Below, one piece after another: positions 37,882 through 46,073 of a stretch of DNA of 64,000 nucleotides. The DNA comes from Chloroflexota bacterium (GTDB lineage: Bacteria; Chloroflexota; Dehalococcoidia; JACVQG01; JAHKAY01). The stretch lies in NCBI GenBank assembly GCA_018825785.1, contig JAHKAY010000029.1:4143-68142 (forward strand), given 5' to 3'. Under the pieces are notes generated by a model, which did not search any database, had not been told where the DNA came from, and saw only the letters and a program-made list of their open reading frames with translations. Both the position numbers and the translations under genes were made by a program. Positions within the stretch are counted from its first letter, which is position 1. The number at the start of each line of letters is the position of its first letter.

Positions 37882-38379
37882 TTATAGCGCGGAAGCAGTT
37901 GCCCTGGGACCTCCATCCGGAGGGAATATGGTGGCCACCCGCCTGGCGACCTTGAGCATGGCATTGCCGGTGACGATAGCCTTGGCCGTGAACTTGGGCC
38001 TCTGGTAGACCCTGCGCATGGGCTCCACCTTGAACTGACGGTCAATAAAGGCAGTAGCTGGGTTCGCTTCTCCGCAGAATATTTGCCTTGCCAGGCTGTA
38101 GCTGCTGGAGACCATGAAATCATGCTTGTCCCCGGGGACCTCTGTGCCCAGCCACAAGCGCCTCACGGTCCCCTTCTCCAGATGGACAAGGACAACCAGT
38201 TGGGGGCCGCCATGTATCTCCCTGAGGCTTTGGGGAAGCTCCGTGACCACATATATCAAAATCAGGCTGAAACTCTGCGCCAGTTTCCCAAAGCTCTTGT
38301 CGGTGCCTCTGGCGGCCTGGATCGCTCTAACTGCCTCGTGCACCCATTCCGGCGACAGAAAAAGATACTCCTCCTTCAT
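37882..38379 (-). CDS. SCP2 sterol-carrier-like domain protein
   Basis: C-terminal DFMVSSSYSLARQIFCGEANPATAFIDRQFKVEPM matches the SCP2 fold pattern. Confidence 0.45.
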   Translation of the reverse strand: MKEEYLFLSPEWVHEAVRAIQAARGTDKSFGKLAQSFSLILIYVVTELPQSLREIHGGPQLVVLVHLEKGTVRRLWLGTEVPGDKHDFMVSSSYSLARQIFCGEANPATAFIDRQFKVEPMRRVYQRPKFTAKAIVTGNAMLKVARRVATIFPPDGGPRATASAL

Positions 38380-38396
38380 AGCTGTTTTCCCTCCCC

Positions 38397-38813
38397 TTAC
38401 ACATAGATGACAGAGCTGTCAGCCATGTCTTCTGAGACAAACCTGACCACACTGCGGACCTCGTCCACTTCCTCCACCAACTCACCAAAAACGATGTTGT
38501 GCAGGTCCATAGCTGCGGGGCAGGCATAGACCCTGCCTCCCAGCTTCTTGAGGTCATCCAGCAGTTCCGAGACCGGGGAAACGCTGCCCTTCTCAATCCC
38601 CGCCTTGACCCGCTCTCTTATCCAGCCTCCGGTTTCATCGCCCAATTCGTCGGTAAGGCCTCTCTTCAGCCGGATAACCGCCCCGTGGCCGAAAAGGACG
38701 CGGACGTCCTTACCCATGGCGGCTGCTGCGGCTGCCACGCCCAGGGCGAAGGCAACGCGTTCATATGAGGCGCTGTTGATTATGAAGGCCAGTTTATCCC
38801 CGGGTTTCGTCAT
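38397..38813 (-). CDS. DsrE/DsrF/TusD-like sulfur-relay protein
   Basis: 138 aa with the KLAFIINSASYERVAFAL Rossmann-like start and the conserved Cys in VYACPAAMD. Confidence 0.6.
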   Translation of the reverse strand: MTKPGDKLAFIINSASYERVAFALGVAAAAAAMGKDVRVLFGHGAVIRLKRGLTDELGDETGGWIRERVKAGIEKGSVSPVSELLDDLKKLGGRVYACPAAMDLHNIVFGELVEEVDEVRSVVRFVSEDMADSSVIYV

Positions 38814-38834
38814 GAGGCCCGTCTCGGTTGGGTA

Positions 38835-39329
38835 CTATGCCTTCCTGGTCCTGACATTCTGTGCCCATTCCAGCAAAGGCAGCCCCACCTTTCGGACGGC
38901 CTCAAAGTGCTTGCCCATCGCCTCAACTTCCGTGCTGGTAAGCCTTTCCGAGAACAGGGTTAGCCCCTCGCATTCAATGGGGTGAGGCAGAATCTCGCTC
39001 CGGACCAGAGCCACGACCTTTTTGGCCTCAGCTTCTGTTATCTCACCCTTGCCCAGGATTTGCGCCAGCTGCCTGGCGGCCCGGACGATTCGGTCGTGAA
39101 CGCCGAAGAGATATTCCTTGTATTCCGGCCCGTAGAACCTCTCCAGGGTGGGGTAGAAACTCTCCTCCTCCCACTGGAAGTGGGGTCCGCCAAGCTTGTC
39201 AAGGCGTAGCAGCAACTCCAGGGCTTTGGCGGCGTCACGACGGCTTGCGGCCACAATGATGTCCAGGAGGATGTCTCTCACCTTGGTGTGGTCAGCCTTT
39301 AGCTCCGCGATTGCATCCAGTCTTGCCAT
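38835..39329 (-). CDS. hemerythrin-like (HHE cation-binding) domain protein
   Basis: Spaced His/Glu ligands (ADHTKV, PHFQWEEE, VHDRIV, HPIECE, KHFEAV). Confidence 0.45.
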   Translation of the reverse strand: MARLDAIAELKADHTKVRDILLDIIVAASRRDAAKALELLLRLDKLGGPHFQWEEESFYPTLERFYGPEYKEYLFGVHDRIVRAARQLAQILGKGEITEAEAKKVVALVRSEILPHPIECEGLTLFSERLTSTEVEAMGKHFEAVRKVGLPLLEWAQNVRTRKA

Positions 39330-39404
39330 TGTCCTCTACCTCCCTCTTTCCGTTGTTGACGGAATAGCATGCTCTGAGCGTGTCTTCCGCTTGGCCTCAC
39401 CTCC

Positions 39405-39632
39405 TCAGGAATCGCCTCCCCGCTTGATCAAGACGCGGAAAAAGCTGTCCTGGGGGACCACCCGGACAATCCGGTGGCCTTCGCCGGCGGCGGAGCGGGG
39501 TACATTGCGGATGGGCTCCCCATCATCCAGCCAGACCTCAATCACATCCCCCGGCTCCAGCTCCTCTAGGGCCAGTTTGGTCTTGACCCAGTTCATGGGG
39601 CAGATGCAACCCCTCAGGTCCAGCGTCTTCAA
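39405..39632 (-). CDS. tusA: TusA-like sulfurtransferase (CPxP motif)
   Basis: 75 aa with LDLRGCICPMNWVKTKLALEEL, the TusA/SirA signature. Confidence 0.75.
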   Translation of the reverse strand: MKTLDLRGCICPMNWVKTKLALEELEPGDVIEVWLDDGEPIRNVPRSAAGEGHRIVRVVPQDSFFRVLIKRGGDS

Positions 39633-40591
39633 GCTTCCGCCTCCGGGTCCCAGGTGTGGAGCACCCGGTACTCTATCCCTTTTGGCCGGGAGCCGGCGCG
39701 GTCCCAGTCTTGGACGGTAGTGAACTCGGGGAGGGCTTCCTTCTTGAGCCTCTCCAGGCCCAGCCGGTCTATGGCGGTGCCGAAGCGCTCCCCCTTCTTG
39801 GCGTTCCGCTGGTACCAGGCCACACAGCGCTCTATGACCTTGAAGGTGTCATCATCACTGACGAAGTCGGCCACCCGGTTGGACCAGCGGGGGAAGCGGC
39901 CGTGCTTGCCCCCCACATAGACGGCATGGCCCACCCTCCCCACCACCCAGGCCAGGGTGGGACAGCAGTAGACGCACTCCCCGCAGTGGGTACAGCGCTC
40001 CTCAATCCACCTGGGCAAGTTGGTCTCCTCATTCATAACCAGGGCTTCCCCCGCCCGGGAGCGGCAGAGCTGGACGCAGAGGGTGCAACCATTGCACAGC
40101 TCCGGGATGAGCTTGGGCTCCACCATGCCGTGGAAGCCCAGGTCGTTCTCCTGGGGGTTGGCACAGCCGATGTTGCAGCCAGAATAGGAGACCTTGAACT
40201 TGGCGGGGCAATGGATGCCAAAGTATTTCTCGTCAGCCTGGGCCGCCAGGGCAGGGGCATCCACCCTGCCGTAGGGATTAACCCGGCAGCCCTGGCAGGC
40301 GGTTACGGCCCTCACCCGGGGGCCGCAGTTGGCCAGCCTCAGGCCCGAGGCCTCTATCTCCTCCTTTATCCGGTCCAGGTCCTCCCCCTTCACATAGGGG
40401 ACCTCCACGGACTGCTGGAAGGTGAAATGGCAGTAGCCCCGGCCGTATTTCTTGGCCAGCTCCGCCGCCCGGATTAGCTTGTCTGCCTCCAGGTTTCCCC
40501 CCGGAACCCTGAGCCGGACCACGAAGTATTCCCGCTCGGTCTGGCGGATAATCCCTGTGGCCTTCAGGCCACGGACATCCAGCGCCTTCAA
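39629..40591 (-). CDS. small assimilatory-type sulfite reductase (siroheme/[4Fe-4S] nitrite-sulfite reductase fold fused to ferredoxin domain)
   Basis: Cys clusters CQGC, CPAKF ... CNIGCANP and ferredoxin-type CNGCTLCVQLC and CTHCGECVYCCP. Sits next to cysH and tusA. Confidence 0.55.
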   Translation of the reverse strand: MKALDVRGLKATGIIRQTEREYFVVRLRVPGGNLEADKLIRAAELAKKYGRGYCHFTFQQSVEVPYVKGEDLDRIKEEIEASGLRLANCGPRVRAVTACQGCRVNPYGRVDAPALAAQADEKYFGIHCPAKFKVSYSGCNIGCANPQENDLGFHGMVEPKLIPELCNGCTLCVQLCRSRAGEALVMNEETNLPRWIEERCTHCGECVYCCPTLAWVVGRVGHAVYVGGKHGRFPRWSNRVADFVSDDDTFKVIERCVAWYQRNAKKGERFGTAIDRLGLERLKKEALPEFTTVQDWDRAGSRPKGIEYRVLHTWDPEAEA

Positions 40592-40610
40592 GCCTTCCTC
40601 CTTCTCCTTT

Positions 40611-41351
40611 TCATTTGCCCTTTGCTGACGACTGGGCAGAGGAGGAGACCTTCAGGGGTCGGGTATGGATGCCGCACTCGCCGCCGCACTTGCTGGTGCC
40701 CGCCCAGCGGCCGGCCCGCTCGCTGGCACCGGCGGTAATCCGGGTGCACACCACGCAGCCCAGGGAACGGTAGCCAAGGGCATATAGCGGGTTAACGGGG
40801 ACCTGGTTGAGGGCGAGATACTGCCATACCTCTCGCTCGTGCCACAGGAGGATGGGATTGAGCTTGATAAGGCCCTTGTCCCGCTCCTCAATTTCCCGGT
40901 AGTCGGTGCGGGTGCGTCCTTCCGTGCAGCGCAGCCCGGTTACCCAGCAGGCCACATTCATCTCTTCCAGGGCCCACCGCGTCGGCGTTACCTTGAGGAT
41001 GTCACAGCAACGGTCCGGGTCAAAGCGATAGAGCTCATCAGGGAGGGGCTCGTCGTTGCGGAAGACCCGGAGTTCGGGGAACCGGGCCACTTCCTCCTCC
41101 ATGAACCTGACGGTCTCTGGTGGCTTGAAACGGGTGGTAATAATGAACCCGCGGATGTCCGGCGAAACACGCTTGGCCAGGTGCCACACGGCAATGGAGT
41201 CCTTGCCCAGGCTATTGGCTACCACCAGGCGGTCGCCAAACTCCTGGTAGGCCTCTCTGATAAGTCCCAGGGAGCGGTCCACCTTCTGGGCGAAGTTGAG
41301 ATTTTCCACGAGGTACCATAGCTCTTCCGAGCTCAGGTTCTGCATCTTCAT
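40611..41351 (-). CDS. cysH: adenylyl-sulfate/phosphoadenylyl-sulfate reductase (CysH family; Fe-S type with CC...CxxC)
   Basis: PAPS-reductase fold (SLGKDSIAVWHLA P-loop), RCCD and CVVC cysteines, and C-terminal ECGIH. Confidence 0.75.
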   Translation of the reverse strand: MKMQNLSSEELWYLVENLNFAQKVDRSLGLIREAYQEFGDRLVVANSLGKDSIAVWHLAKRVSPDIRGFIITTRFKPPETVRFMEEEVARFPELRVFRNDEPLPDELYRFDPDRCCDILKVTPTRWALEEMNVACWVTGLRCTEGRTRTDYREIEERDKGLIKLNPILLWHEREVWQYLALNQVPVNPLYALGYRSLGCVVCTRITAGASERAGRWAGTSKCGGECGIHTRPLKVSSSAQSSAKGK

Positions 41352-41387
41352 TCTTTCTTTCCTCCCCCCGTTGCCAGATAGTTTCTT

Positions 41388-42215
41388 TCAGGCCAAGAGC
41401 CAGCCCACTACTCTCACATTCAAGGCTATGAGGAGCGAGCCCACCAGAAAGGCGAGAGCTTTGGGTGAAATGCCGCGGCAGATATAGGCGGCCAGGGGTG
41501 CCACCATGATGCCCCCGGCAGCCAGGGCCAGCACCAGGCCGATGGGGAACTGGTCCAGCCCTATCCTTAGAAGGATGGTGACCGCCACCGTAACAGCCAC
41601 GAAGAACTCGGCGAGGTTCACTGTGCCTATGGCATGGCGGGGCTGCCCTTTCTCCAGGAGCAGGACGCCTGATGTGGCTATGGGGCCATAGGCGCCACTG
41701 AAGCCGTTGACCAGGGCAGCCAGGAACCCTAAGGCGCCCAGCTTGGCCTTGGAATTATTCCTGGCGTTTTCCGCAAGCAACTGCCATTTCCCTCTGGGGC
41801 ACTGTTTGCATTTTTCACCTTGCGCCTCAGCGCAGGGAACCTGCCAGCGCAGGGCGCGCCAGACAATGAGGAGCCCCATGACCAGCAACAGGACGCTCAC
41901 CACGGGCTTGGCTGTTTGCGACGATATGGAGGTCAGCAGATAGCCCCCCAGAAAACCGCCTAACACCCCGCTCAATGCCAGGGGCAGAAGCCAGTCCCGG
42001 CGCACGTTGCCCAGGCCCCAGTGGGACAGTCCCGAGGCCAGCCCGGTAATAATCTTTGCAGCGTTGACTGTTGCCACTGCCACGGCAGGAGCAAAGCCTG
42101 TGGCCACCATCAGGGAAGCGGAGAAGACCCCAAACCCCATGCCCAGGCTACCATCCACCAGCTGGGCCACCGCCCCGATACCAGCCACTCCAAGAAAGAC
42201 AAGCAGTCCTGTCAT
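41388..42215 (-). CDS. TauE/SafE (TSUP) family anion permease
   Basis: 275 aa, two 4-TM repeats with Gly-rich helices, and a central Cys-rich loop. Confidence 0.65.
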   Translation of the reverse strand: MTGLLVFLGVAGIGAVAQLVDGSLGMGFGVFSASLMVATGFAPAVAVATVNAAKIITGLASGLSHWGLGNVRRDWLLPLALSGVLGGFLGGYLLTSISSQTAKPVVSVLLLVMGLLIVWRALRWQVPCAEAQGEKCKQCPRGKWQLLAENARNNSKAKLGALGFLAALVNGFSGAYGPIATSGVLLLEKGQPRHAIGTVNLAEFFVAVTVAVTILLRIGLDQFPIGLVLALAAGGIMVAPLAAYICRGISPKALAFLVGSLLIALNVRVVGWLLA

Positions 42216-42330
42216 CGGCCTGAACCTAGACTCCTGTCTATAACCGAGCCCAGCCCAAGGGTGGCCGCCCTACCCTGCGATGACCCTAGAGCCACCAGCC
42301 TGCTCACCGACTTCAGTCCCCCCTCGCTTT

Positions 42331-42382
42331 GTTTAGTTGATTACTAAACAATCATTGTAGCGGTTTCTGTGGATTTGTCAAG
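42331..42382 (-). promoter_or_regulatory. sigma70-like promoter with 19-bp palindromic operator GTTTAGT-N5-ACTAAAC (putative Rrf2/CymR site) for the tauE-cysH-sir-tusA... operon
   Basis: Minus-strand TTGACA (42382-42377), a 17-nt spacer, TACAAT (42359-42354), then 4 nt and the operator at 42349-42331. It nearly matches the site at 45961-45979. Confidence 0.55.
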
Positions 42383-42526
42383 GGGGTATTGTAACGCTTA
42401 TTAACCGCAGGCCGTGCCTGGAGGCGGGGCTCCGGTTCCTCCAGGGGCTCTGCCGGGGGCTGTCCTGGTGAGCCCCTCTGCCTTCGGGTTTGCGGCCGGG
42501 GGGGCTCTATAGTTTATTCGTAAAGG

Positions 42527-42808
42527 TTAGCTTCCGCTACCACCCGATACGGCGGGCAAGATGGAGACTACATCCCCGTCCTTTAGCTGGGTCTCCAGGC
42601 CCTTCAAGAAGCCCGCGTCCTCGTCATTGACGAAGATATTGACGAAGGGCCTCATGCTGCCATCAGGCTCCAGGACCCTCTCCTTGAACCCGGGGTAGTC
42701 GGCTTCCAGATTGCTCACGAGTTCCCGCAGGTCCTTTCCTTCCGCATTCACAACCCTGGCCCCTCGCATCAACGGTCTCAGGGGGGTAGCCAGATGAACT
42801 TCTATCAT
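42527..42808 (-). CDS. cysO: ThiS/MoaD-like sulfur carrier protein (CysO-like) with C-terminal GG followed by an SGS extension
   Basis: 93 aa with a beta-grasp pattern, ending ...DGDVVSILPAVSGGSGS. Adjacent to the E1-like gene. Confidence 0.7.
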   Translation of the reverse strand: MIEVHLATPLRPLMRGARVVNAEGKDLRELVSNLEADYPGFKERVLEPDGSMRPFVNIFVNDEDAGFLKGLETQLKDGDVVSILPAVSGGSGS

Positions 42809-42810
42809 TT

Positions 42811-43560
42811 TCAGCTCCTTTCTGGATTCCCGCAGACGGGACAGTCTGGGTTTCTGCGCACTTTCAAGCGCCGAAATCTCATAAATTGGCCATCAGTGAG
42901 CACTAGATTGCCATTGGTTGGTTCGCCTATGCCTGTAATCAGCTTCAATGCCTCCATCGTCTGCAGGCTGGCCACGCTGGCGGGTGTAGCGCCCAGGACA
43001 GGGAAGGGCTTGACCTCAGGAGGGAGCGAGGGCAGGAGGCACTGCAGACAGGCTGTCTTGCCGGGCATTACGGTCATCAACCTCGCCTCCAGCCCGTAGA
43101 TAGCGGCGTGGACAAAGGGAATATTCAGCTCAAAGCAGGCCCGGTTCAGGGCAAATCTCGTCTTGAAATTGTCCATACCGTCCATGACCACATCCGAGCC
43201 GCTTATCAGCTCCTTAACGTTAGCCTCCGTTATCTCCACTGTCAGACCCTTGATTTGGATTGTCGGGTTTAGCTGACGCAGTTTTTCCACTGCTGAATCA
43301 ACCTTATGTCTGCCAATGTCCTTATCCCAGTGGAGGACCTGCCTGTTGAGATTGCTCAGTTCCACCTTGTCCTTGTCAATGAGGATAAGCCTACCTACCC
43401 CGGCTGCCGCCAGGTAAATAGATAGGGGGCACCCCAATCCTCCCACACCGGCTACCACTATCGTAGCCGATTTCACCTTCTTCTGCCCCTCTTCCCCCCA
43501 ACCCGGAATCCTCATCTGCCTATCATAGCGTTGAAGCTCTTCGGGTGTCAGTTGGACCAT
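42811..43560 (-). CDS. moeB: MoeB/ThiF-family E1-like adenylyltransferase
   Basis: MVQLTPEELQRYDRQ ... GVGGLGCP nucleotide motif and a C-terminal CxxC (CPVCGN). SD aaaggggag sits 6 nt upstream of the ATG at 43560. Confidence 0.85.
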   Translation of the reverse strand: MVQLTPEELQRYDRQMRIPGWGEEGQKKVKSATIVVAGVGGLGCPLSIYLAAAGVGRLILIDKDKVELSNLNRQVLHWDKDIGRHKVDSAVEKLRQLNPTIQIKGLTVEITEANVKELISGSDVVMDGMDNFKTRFALNRACFELNIPFVHAAIYGLEARLMTVMPGKTACLQCLLPSLPPEVKPFPVLGATPASVASLQTMEALKLITGIGEPTNGNLVLTDGQFMRFRRLKVRRNPDCPVCGNPERS

Positions 43561-43633
43561 TACTACTCCCCTTTCTTCTTGCCTGTTGCGCTCCGCGGTC
43601 ACGTTGGACCTCTTCCCCTTGAAGCCTGAGGTT

Positions 43634-44566
43634 TTACCACCAGGGCTGGGTCTGGACCCGGGGCTCTATCTCCTCCAGGGGGCGGGTCCAGAGCTGGGTG
43701 GAGAGGTATTTCCAGCCCCCGTCGGCCAGGAGGGCCACGATGTTGCCCTTCTCTAGTTGCTGGGCCACCTTGAGGGCGCAGGAGATGACGGCTCCGGAGG
43801 AGATGCCGGCGAAGATGCCTTCCCTCTCTGTCAGCTCCCGGGTGGCCCGGATGGACTCCCGGGAGTCCACTATTGTCCTCCTGTCCAGGAGGCTTATGTC
43901 CAGGATGGGTGGGATGAAGCCCTCCTCCAGGCTCCTCAGGCCCTCGATGGTGTCCCCGGGGTTGGGGGCCACGGCTATCACCCTGGCCCTGGGGTCATGC
44001 TCCTTGAGCCTCCTCCCCACCCCCATGAGGGTGCCGCCGGTGCCCAGCCCGGCCACAAAGACATCCACCTGGGGCAGCTCTTCCAGTATCTCTTCAGCGG
44101 TGGTCTCGTAGTGCGCCCGGGGGTTGGCGGGGTTGCCGAACTGGTAGGGCATGAAATACCTGGGGTCCCGTGCCATCTCTTCGGCTATCGCTACGGCCCC
44201 GTTGGTCCCCTTGTCGGCCGGGGAGAAGACGATCTCCGTCCCGTAGAGCCGGAGTAGCTCTATCCTCTCCTGGCTCACGTTCTCCGGCAGCACCACCGTG
44301 AGCTTATAGCCTTTGCGCCGGGCCAGGAAGGCCAGGGAGATGCCGGTATTGCCGCTGGTGGCCTCCAGGATAGCTCCCCCGGGGGCGAGCTTCCCCTGCT
44401 GTTCTGCCTCCTCAAGCATATATCTGGCAATCCGGTCCTTGACGCTTCCGGTGGGATTATTCCCCTCCAGCTTGGCAAAGAGCCTCACCCCCTTCTTCAA
44501 GGGGAAGCGGGTGAGCTCCACTAGGGGGGTGTGGCCGATTGCGTCCACGATGTCGCGGTAGGGCAT
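43634..44566 (-). CDS. cysM: cysteine synthase (CysM-like, PLP-dependent)
   Basis: MPYRDIVDAIGHTPLVEL ... NPTGSVKDR PLP lysine and the GTGGT loop. Start ATG at 44566 with the SD gaaggaaa. Confidence 0.85.
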   Translation of the reverse strand: MPYRDIVDAIGHTPLVELTRFPLKKGVRLFAKLEGNNPTGSVKDRIARYMLEEAEQQGKLAPGGAILEATSGNTGISLAFLARRKGYKLTVVLPENVSQERIELLRLYGTEIVFSPADKGTNGAVAIAEEMARDPRYFMPYQFGNPANPRAHYETTAEEILEELPQVDVFVAGLGTGGTLMGVGRRLKEHDPRARVIAVAPNPGDTIEGLRSLEEGFIPPILDISLLDRRTIVDSRESIRATRELTEREGIFAGISSGAVISCALKVAQQLEKGNIVALLADGGWKYLSTQLWTRPLEEIEPRVQTQPWW

Positions 44567-44568
44567 GG

Positions 44569-45492
44569 CTATTTCCTTCTCCGCTCGGCCGTCTCCCCCA
44601 GGGAGACATATTTCTCTCCGCTGTCGGGGAGGATGGTGGCCACCCATTTCCCCGGGCCCAGCCTCTTGGCCACCTGGAGGGCGGCGAAGACATTGGCCCC
44701 GGAGGAGGGGCCCACGAGCAGGCCCTCCTTTCTGGCCAGGGAGGAGGCCATCTCCTGGGCCTCCTGGTCGCCCACGGCGATGACCTCGTCCAGGATATTC
44801 CGGTCCAGGATAGGGGGGACAAAGCTGGCCCCCAGGCCGGGGATGCCGTGGGGGCCGGCCTTCCCCTGAGAGAGGAGGGGAGAGCGGGCGGGCTCCACCC
44901 CGATTATCCGCACCCCCTTCAGCTCCTTCTTCAGCACCTGGCCCACCCCGGTGATGGTGCCGCCCGTGCCGATGCCAGCCACAAAGGCGTCTATTCTTCC
45001 CCGGGTGGCTCGCAGCAACTCCCGGGCGGTGGAGTGGTGGGCCTGGGGGTTGAGGGGGTTTTCAAAGGCCTTTATCCCGAGGTAGCTGGGATTGTCACCC
45101 AGGAGCTCCCCGGCCACCCGCCCCGCACCTGCCATCCCCTCGGCAGCGGGGGTGAGGACCACCTCGGCCCCCAGATAGAGGAGGAGGCGGCGAAGGGAGG
45201 GGTTGGCCCCCTCGGGCATGACGATGATGATGCGCAGGCCCTTGGCCCCCCCCACCAGGGCCAGGGAGAGTCCCAGGTTCCCCGCTGTGGCCTCCACAGC
45301 GGTATCGCCGGGCCGTAGCCGGCCCCGGGCAAAGGCCTCCTCCAGGATGAACTTGGCGACCCGGTCCTTGATGCTGCCGCTGGGGTTCCGGGACTCCAGC
45401 TTGGCCAGGACAATGGCGGGGGGGGCCAGACGGGAGAGGCGGAGGAGGGGGGTCGAGCCGATGAGGTCCAGGAGGCCAGTCTGTGCTCTCAT
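44569..45492 (-). CDS. cysK: cysteine synthase A (O-acetylserine sulfhydrylase)
   Basis: LIGSTPLLRL ... NPSGSIKDR and GIGTGGT motifs. Chosen start is the ATG at 45492. Confidence 0.85.
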   Translation of the reverse strand: MRAQTGLLDLIGSTPLLRLSRLAPPAIVLAKLESRNPSGSIKDRVAKFILEEAFARGRLRPGDTAVEATAGNLGLSLALVGGAKGLRIIIVMPEGANPSLRRLLLYLGAEVVLTPAAEGMAGAGRVAGELLGDNPSYLGIKAFENPLNPQAHHSTARELLRATRGRIDAFVAGIGTGGTITGVGQVLKKELKGVRIIGVEPARSPLLSQGKAGPHGIPGLGASFVPPILDRNILDEVIAVGDQEAQEMASSLARKEGLLVGPSSGANVFAALQVAKRLGPGKWVATILPDSGEKYVSLGETAERRRK

Positions 45493-45514
45493 CGAGCGAA
45501 TTTGTTCATGTGGA

Positions 45515-45943
45515 CTAGATATAGTACATTCCGCCCTCATGGCGGCGCTCCTGCTGGTGGGCCATCTCCCCGATGGAGATTGCGGCCAGGAGCTTCTGGG
45601 TGGCCTCATCTATTTGACGCCACACGTCCCTCTGGACACAGAGGGTTGCCTGGACGCAGTCGGAGGGCTGCTCCAGGCAGCGGAGGGACGGGGGGTTGCC
45701 CAGGGCCGCCATGACCTCGGCCACGGAGACCTGGGAGGGGTCCCGGGCCAGGACATGGCCCCCCTGCGGCCCCCTCTTGGAGGCGATAAACCCCGCCTTT
45801 CGGAGGACGGTCAATATCTGGTCCAGGTAGGGCTCGGGTATGCCCTGGCGCTGGGCAATATCACTGGTCTGGGCCACCCCTTCCGCCTGGGCCAGGTCCA
45901 CCAGCACCCTTATCCCGTAGTCCACCCGCATGCTTACCTTCAT
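45515..45943 (-). CDS. Rrf2-family transcriptional regulator (CymR/IscR-like)
   Basis: 142 aa with the Rrf2 HTH (MRVDYGIRVLVDLA ... SDIAQRQGIPEPYLDQILTVLRKAGFI). SD aaagggg upstream. Confidence 0.85.
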   Translation of the reverse strand: MKVSMRVDYGIRVLVDLAQAEGVAQTSDIAQRQGIPEPYLDQILTVLRKAGFIASKRGPQGGHVLARDPSQVSVAEVMAALGNPPSLRCLEQPSDCVQATLCVQRDVWRQIDEATQKLLAAISIGEMAHQQERRHEGGMYYI

Positions 45944-45960
45944 GCCCCACCCCTTTGATT

Positions 45961-46018
45961 GTTTAGTTTACTACTAAACTTTCTGGTGAATTATAGGCCC
46001 TGGGGGGAAATCCGTCAA
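45961..46018 (-). promoter_or_regulatory. rrf2 promoter (TTGACG-17-TATAAT) with 19-bp operator GTTTAGT-N5-ACTAAAC
   Basis: Minus-strand -35 at 46018-46013, -10 at 45995-45990 and the operator at 45979-45961. The operator is nearly identical to the one at 42331-42349. Confidence 0.55.
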
Positions 46019-46073
46019 TGGGGTCCCGGGGGAAGGTTTACGGGGCCTGGGGAAAAGGGTATAATTCAGGGCA

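Noticed and set aside
42335-42355. FNR/CRP box TTGAT...ATCAA within the operator region
   Set aside because: The spacing is TTGAT-N9-ATCA, not N4. The sequence is better explained as part of the 7-5-7 palindrome shared with 45961-45979.
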